Positions 61,201-64,000 of a stretch of 64,000 bases of DNA are shown here, piece by piece. Under the pieces are notes generated by a model that saw nothing but the letters and a program-made list of their open reading frames with translations, was not told the DNA's origin and did not search any database. Positions within the stretch are counted from its first letter, which is position 1; the number at the start of each line of letters is the position of its first letter. The position numbers and the translations under genes are program-made. The DNA is taken from positions 1 through 64,000 of IMG/VR virus record IMGVR_UViG_3300020165_000007. One strand, 5' to 3'.

Positions 61201-61479
61201 AGTCACAAAAAGTTGATTGGATTGTTGTAAGTAGGCTTTGGCAATATATGCCGCCTCATATTTTGGAATCTGTGTGTTTACAAATTTAGTTGGTTCTGTC
61301 CCCCCAAAAAATGAGGTAAACTCATCAAAGTTTGTAATGAAGATAGGTTCGAACGCCGGACCTGATAAGGTTTCACCGACGACACCTAAAGTCGTTACAC
61401 CGACACTTTGAGCCACAAAACTTAAATCTCTTTCTGATGTATATACACCTGGAGATACGAATACTTTTTCTGCTGCCAT
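58294..61479 (-). CDS. Contractile tail sheath protein (gp18-like), 1061 aa
   Basis: SPGVYTSERD, GPAFEP, YYPW, PWFASAGYTRG, RINPI, WGNKT, RINVRRLL, FEQND, EFIDI. Confidence 0.95.
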   Translation of the reverse strand: MAAEKVFVSPGVYTSERDLSFVAQSVGVTTLGVVGETLSGPAFEPIFITNFDEFTSFFGGTEPTKFVNTQIPKYEAAYIAKAYLQQSNQLFVTRVLGLSGYDAGPSWSISTVGNVNKSLITPKDSDGIAYTITFSGVSGNSSSTEITDFSNLPSSIESVFGLPYTTFSGNISTLQGNFESAVYQSIVNPVSSGATSFMFGTVSGETYDAITGASGTWTGTTNVLGVDGLTIDTADFEASENDSWYYALFPYNSGTGEYSGVGFGLSITGLTNTVGNNYTGVGVVYTTTYTGTPITDYHNMVVSTLRSRGISTTSNSNNPDYEVSGLTNVTINSTGVYSGITNNPFSNFQISGITNDSEIFTFNTSLSLSDPNFISKVLGQSNFSKPSNEIPLFVEEIYYNLLNTGYKEGKIRGLNTTLLGLQSAREDVDNTGIGWYLDRYQTPSTPYLVSELRGNEVSDLFKVISISDGNSANREIKVSIMNISFNNLTFDVVVRSFYDTDSNPIVLEKFTNCTMDINLNSYVAKKIGTANGDFELKSRYIMLEVNEEAPSDSLPCGFKGYQTRQYSSYKSPHLLYKTKYDTPGEVLFNPPFGSSNGDNLTRSAGDNPRRVFLGVSNTVGIDVDFTSYKGKQNPTNLSTATESSPWAELTKGYHMDSGATVVLIPSQYVTSGETAFEVGDASFDSEPNEDSPYYRLNSRKFTLVPTGGFDGWDIYRESRTNGDTFILGNNGYLRGAAPSVRFPSATGWGAFKTIVGPDKQDWGNTDYYAYLWGQWTFVNPEAVNINVFTTSGIDYVNNSNLVEEAIDMIETDRADSIYICTTPDYNMFVNTTSNFTTDFIYPQEATENLEDTGIDSNYTATYYPWILTRDTVNNTQIYLPPTAEVVRNLALTDNISFPWFASAGYTRGLVNGIKARKKLTQDDRDILYKGRINPIATFSDVGTVIWGNKTTQVKQSALDRINVRRLLLQARKLISAVAVRLLFEQNDDQVRQEFLDSVNPILDSIRRDRGLIDFRVVVQNTPEDLDNNTLVGKIYLKPTRALEFIDIEFLITPTGASFEDI

Positions 61480-61617
61480 ATTAATTATTTTTCTTTTTAT
61501 TTATTTTATTGATAAATATTATAGAAAAAACCAAACGACAAATGTTATGGCGTTATATTTATTTACAAGTATGAAAAATTTCTTACTTTTTTCTACCTTT
61601 TTAAAAACCTTTCTTAA

Positions 61618-61767
61618 ATGATAAAAATAAAGAATTTAAAAATATCTGAAGAATCACATGATATGTTGAAAAAACACTGTCAAAAAAACGGATTAAAAAT
61701 GTTTAAGTTTATTGAAAAACTTATTGAAGAAAACTGTAAAGAAGAAATCGACATCTATGGTGAATAA
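61618..61767 (+). CDS. Small ribbon-helix-helix-like DNA-binding protein, 49 aa (not in ORF track)
   Basis: MIKIKNLKISEESHDMLKKHCQKNGLKMFKFIEKLIEENCKEEIDIYGE has a strand-helix-Gly-helix pattern; stop abuts the convergent gene. Confidence 0.65.
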   Translation: MIKIKNLKISEESHDMLKKHCQKNGLKMFKFIEKLIEENCKEEIDIYGE

Positions 61768-62817
61768 TTAATTACTATAGGGTATGTGTGCTTTTGTCTT
61801 AATAGTGGAATCCTTACTGTCATCTATTTTAACGACATCGAACTTAATGATGTCATTGGTGTTAACCTGTATATTACTTAAATCATCTCCCATATAATTG
61901 TCGTTAATATATACTGAAAACTCATCGACGTTATCTGTCGACAAAAAAGTTAGGTCTATGGTATATGGATATTTTTCAGATAAACTATTAATTCCCGACA
62001 TAAATAAAATATCTATGTCGAAGTTCTGAGGATTAGGTGGGTTTTTTCTAGCCCTTCTTGATTGTGTCCCCGTCTCCACTTCATATAATGTTAATGCCCT
62101 ACTAATTGCCGGAGAAACTTGGAACTCTTCCTCGTCAATTAAAAAACCCATCATTAAGAACTCATAGTTTTGAACGTAGTACTTCCTTTTTTCAATATCC
62201 AATACTGACTCATCAGATATACCATTTAAAATTATAGGAACGTAATGACCCTTAACAAATGTATAAGCTTGTCTTGAAGAAAATTTCTGTAAAACTAATT
62301 TGTTAAACTCATTCAAGTGTCGCATTTTAGTACAAAATATTTTTATATTATACGTAATATCTACAGGTACGGGTTGAGGGATTTTATAAATATCCATTCC
62401 TTTTCTTTGACCGTCCCACGTTGGAACCTTAGCGTAGTAAAATTGTTTTCTGTTTGGTATGGTGTACTGTAGTGAAGGGTTGGTACCGTACTTAACGTCT
62501 GGATTTCTTACAGTTGCAATAAATGGGGGTTTGATGTTTTTATCTAAGTTCTGAAAATCCCAAGTCTCAGCAAACTGAGACCAGTTTTGAGTTGTAATAA
62601 TAATATCAACAGGGTTAACTTTTTTACCCTCTGCAGTCATCTCTAAATCGTTCTTAACAAAATCTAACATACCCCTATCTAAGTCAGCATGTAAAACACT
62701 CTTAGGTAAATATGTACCATCTTTTTGAATATATTCCAGTAGTTGCTCCCTCCTCTCTAATAAAATTTTATCAGGAGTTAAAGGTAGATGTTTTTTTATT
62801 TTTTTAGGAAATGACAT
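61768..62817 (-). CDS. Putative tail terminator / neck protein (gp15-like)
   Basis: PQPVPVDITYNIKIF motif; position between head-closure and sheath genes. Confidence 0.55.
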   Translation of the reverse strand: MSFPKKIKKHLPLTPDKILLERREQLLEYIQKDGTYLPKSVLHADLDRGMLDFVKNDLEMTAEGKKVNPVDIIITTQNWSQFAETWDFQNLDKNIKPPFIATVRNPDVKYGTNPSLQYTIPNRKQFYYAKVPTWDGQRKGMDIYKIPQPVPVDITYNIKIFCTKMRHLNEFNKLVLQKFSSRQAYTFVKGHYVPIILNGISDESVLDIEKRKYYVQNYEFLMMGFLIDEEEFQVSPAISRALTLYEVETGTQSRRARKNPPNPQNFDIDILFMSGINSLSEKYPYTIDLTFLSTDNVDEFSVYINDNYMGDDLSNIQVNTNDIIKFDVVKIDDSKDSTIKTKAHIPYSN

Positions 62818-63290
62818 TAGATTACTATTTCATTTATATGGAAGATTTTATTTCGAGTATTAATCATATCAATCTCATTTGCGTTATAAATTGGTTCTTC
62901 GCTATCTTTTTTAACAAATGAATCGTATTTGTATGGGTTATATGTGATTACGTTATCATTAGTTTCTGCAGGCATTTCTTCACAAGGGAACTGACAATAG
63001 TCAACTAAATCACCAATAACAAATGCGTGTACGTTCTTTCTCATTTCTTGTCTTACTTTGTCTTTTCCCCCCTTTCTTACCCTAAACTCTACATTTCTTA
63101 ATTTAACGTAGTCGGCATACAAAATTACCCTACCCCCATAAGTCACTGAAAATGTATGTTTATGTAAGTTATAATATACCATAACCCTCAAACCAGTTAA
63201 ATCCTCAGGAGTTAATTCTTCCTCCTGTTCAATAATTAAACCCATATGAGTCTTCATTTTATTAATTTCTTTTAATAGATATCTATTCAT
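62817..63290 (-). CDS. Conserved-looking phage hypothetical protein, 157 aa
   Basis: VYYNLHK..FSV, RKNVHAFVIG, YNPYK core preceded by a ~30-aa leader. Confidence 0.7.
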   Translation of the reverse strand: MNRYLLKEINKMKTHMGLIIEQEEELTPEDLTGLRVMVYYNLHKHTFSVTYGGRVILYADYVKLRNVEFRVRKGGKDKVRQEMRKNVHAFVIGDLVDYCQFPCEEMPAETNDNVITYNPYKYDSFVKKDSEEPIYNANEIDMINTRNKIFHINEIVI

Positions 63291-63802
63291 AATCCTCTAA
63301 ATTCATTTTCACTAACAGGTGATGCAGTAATTGACCTATAATAAGGTTTGTAACCACCATAAGTATGTTTATTATCACTCGTGACTCTTCCGTCATTAGA
63401 TACCGAGTAGTATCTAACACGAGATTCAGTCTCATAGTAACCTATATAATCACCATAATTAATATCTATTTCTAACTCATCTAAAGTCGTTTGATATACG
63501 CCAACCTTTAAGTTACCCGGCTCCATTTGTGTCATGTTACTATTACCGTAATTTTGATTTTCAGGTTGTTCTATTTGGACGTACCCCCTAAATTCAACGG
63601 GAGGATGGAACTTTACTCCGTCTTCTACGGTTTCACCGTAAACATCATCAGTTACTGTTTTTTGTTGGTCGATTCTATATAAAACTAACCTAAAATTCAT
63701 ATCACCCTCAAGCCATTCTCGACCCATTGCGATATCTAACTCAAAGTCTTCCGACCCGAAAAACTTTTCTAATCTTGTAATTGGAACCTTTCTATTACTC
63801 AT
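63287..63802 (-). CDS. Putative head-closure / neck protein (gp14-like)
   Basis: LYRID....DDVYGE......F.PPVE, L...I..GDYI pattern; position upstream of the tail genes. Confidence 0.55.
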   Translation of the reverse strand: MSNRKVPITRLEKFFGSEDFELDIAMGREWLEGDMNFRLVLYRIDQQKTVTDDVYGETVEDGVKFHPPVEFRGYVQIEQPENQNYGNSNMTQMEPGNLKVGVYQTTLDELEIDINYGDYIGYYETESRVRYYSVSNDGRVTSDNKHTYGGYKPYYRSITASPVSENEFRGL

Positions 63803-63853
63803 TATTGATAAATATTAAGTTATTTGTTATATTTAAGTGTATTTAGTCGACTT

Positions 63854-64000
63854 TTGGAAAATAAAACATTAAATAGCTTGCCTGAAGTGAGGGCTCTTCG
63901 TATTTTAGAGAAATACGAGGGGTATAATAATTACATTATCCGGTTACAGGATAAGATGAAAAAATTTAATCATTTTAAACTTACTCGTGCCCAAGCGGAT
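63854..64000 (+). CDS. Start of a divergent gene, partial
   Basis: TTG-started frame (MENKTLNSLPEVRALRILEKYEGYNNYI...) open for 49 codons to the edge; function not assignable. Confidence 0.55.
   Translation, partial: MENKTLNSLPEVRALRILEKYEGYNNYIIRLQDKMKKFNHFKLTRAQAD

Noticed and set aside
30496-61479. Bacterial extracellular contractile injection system or tailocin
   Set aside because: Interleaved phage-type SSB, recombinase, helicase, RNR and neck-like genes, with no host genes, fit a lytic phage genome better
1-64000. Stop-codon reassignment
   Set aside because: Standard-code ORFs tile the window densely and conserved proteins are full length

Overview
64 kb of an AT-rich, large contractile-tailed (myovirus/jumbo-type) bacteriophage genome, almost entirely encoded on the minus strand. 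Read in transcription order (right to left): neck/tail-completion genes, tail sheath, a HAD phosphatase, tail tube, tail chaperone pair (probable +1 frameshift), tape measure, a tube-initiator-like protein with an inserted OmpA-like domain, LysM/gp53-like wedge and a 2204-aa hub. A replication/nucleotide cassette follows (gp32-like SSB, RecA/UvsX, 5'-3' exonuclease, DnaB, ATP-cone-fused class Id-like NrdB, NrdA). The baseplate genes then resume, followed by a ~17 kb array of appendage genes: Cys-rich modules, SprB-like repeats, (TPSITA)n mucin-like stalks and four Gly-Ser-Ser/Gly-Thr-Ser collagen-like fibre genes. A TTTG-N19-TAnnTTTG promoter, no Shine-Dalgarno sites, SprB repeats and a flavobacterial-type RNR point to a Bacteroidota host. 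The most unusual signals are the modular Ser/Thr-rich fibre array with an [S/T]-G-x-T motif enriched in surface proteins (possible virion glycosylation), a coding-strand TATTTAT element before most operons, and shared N-terminal leaders on non-structural proteins. All calls come from motif recognition by eye; no searches were run.
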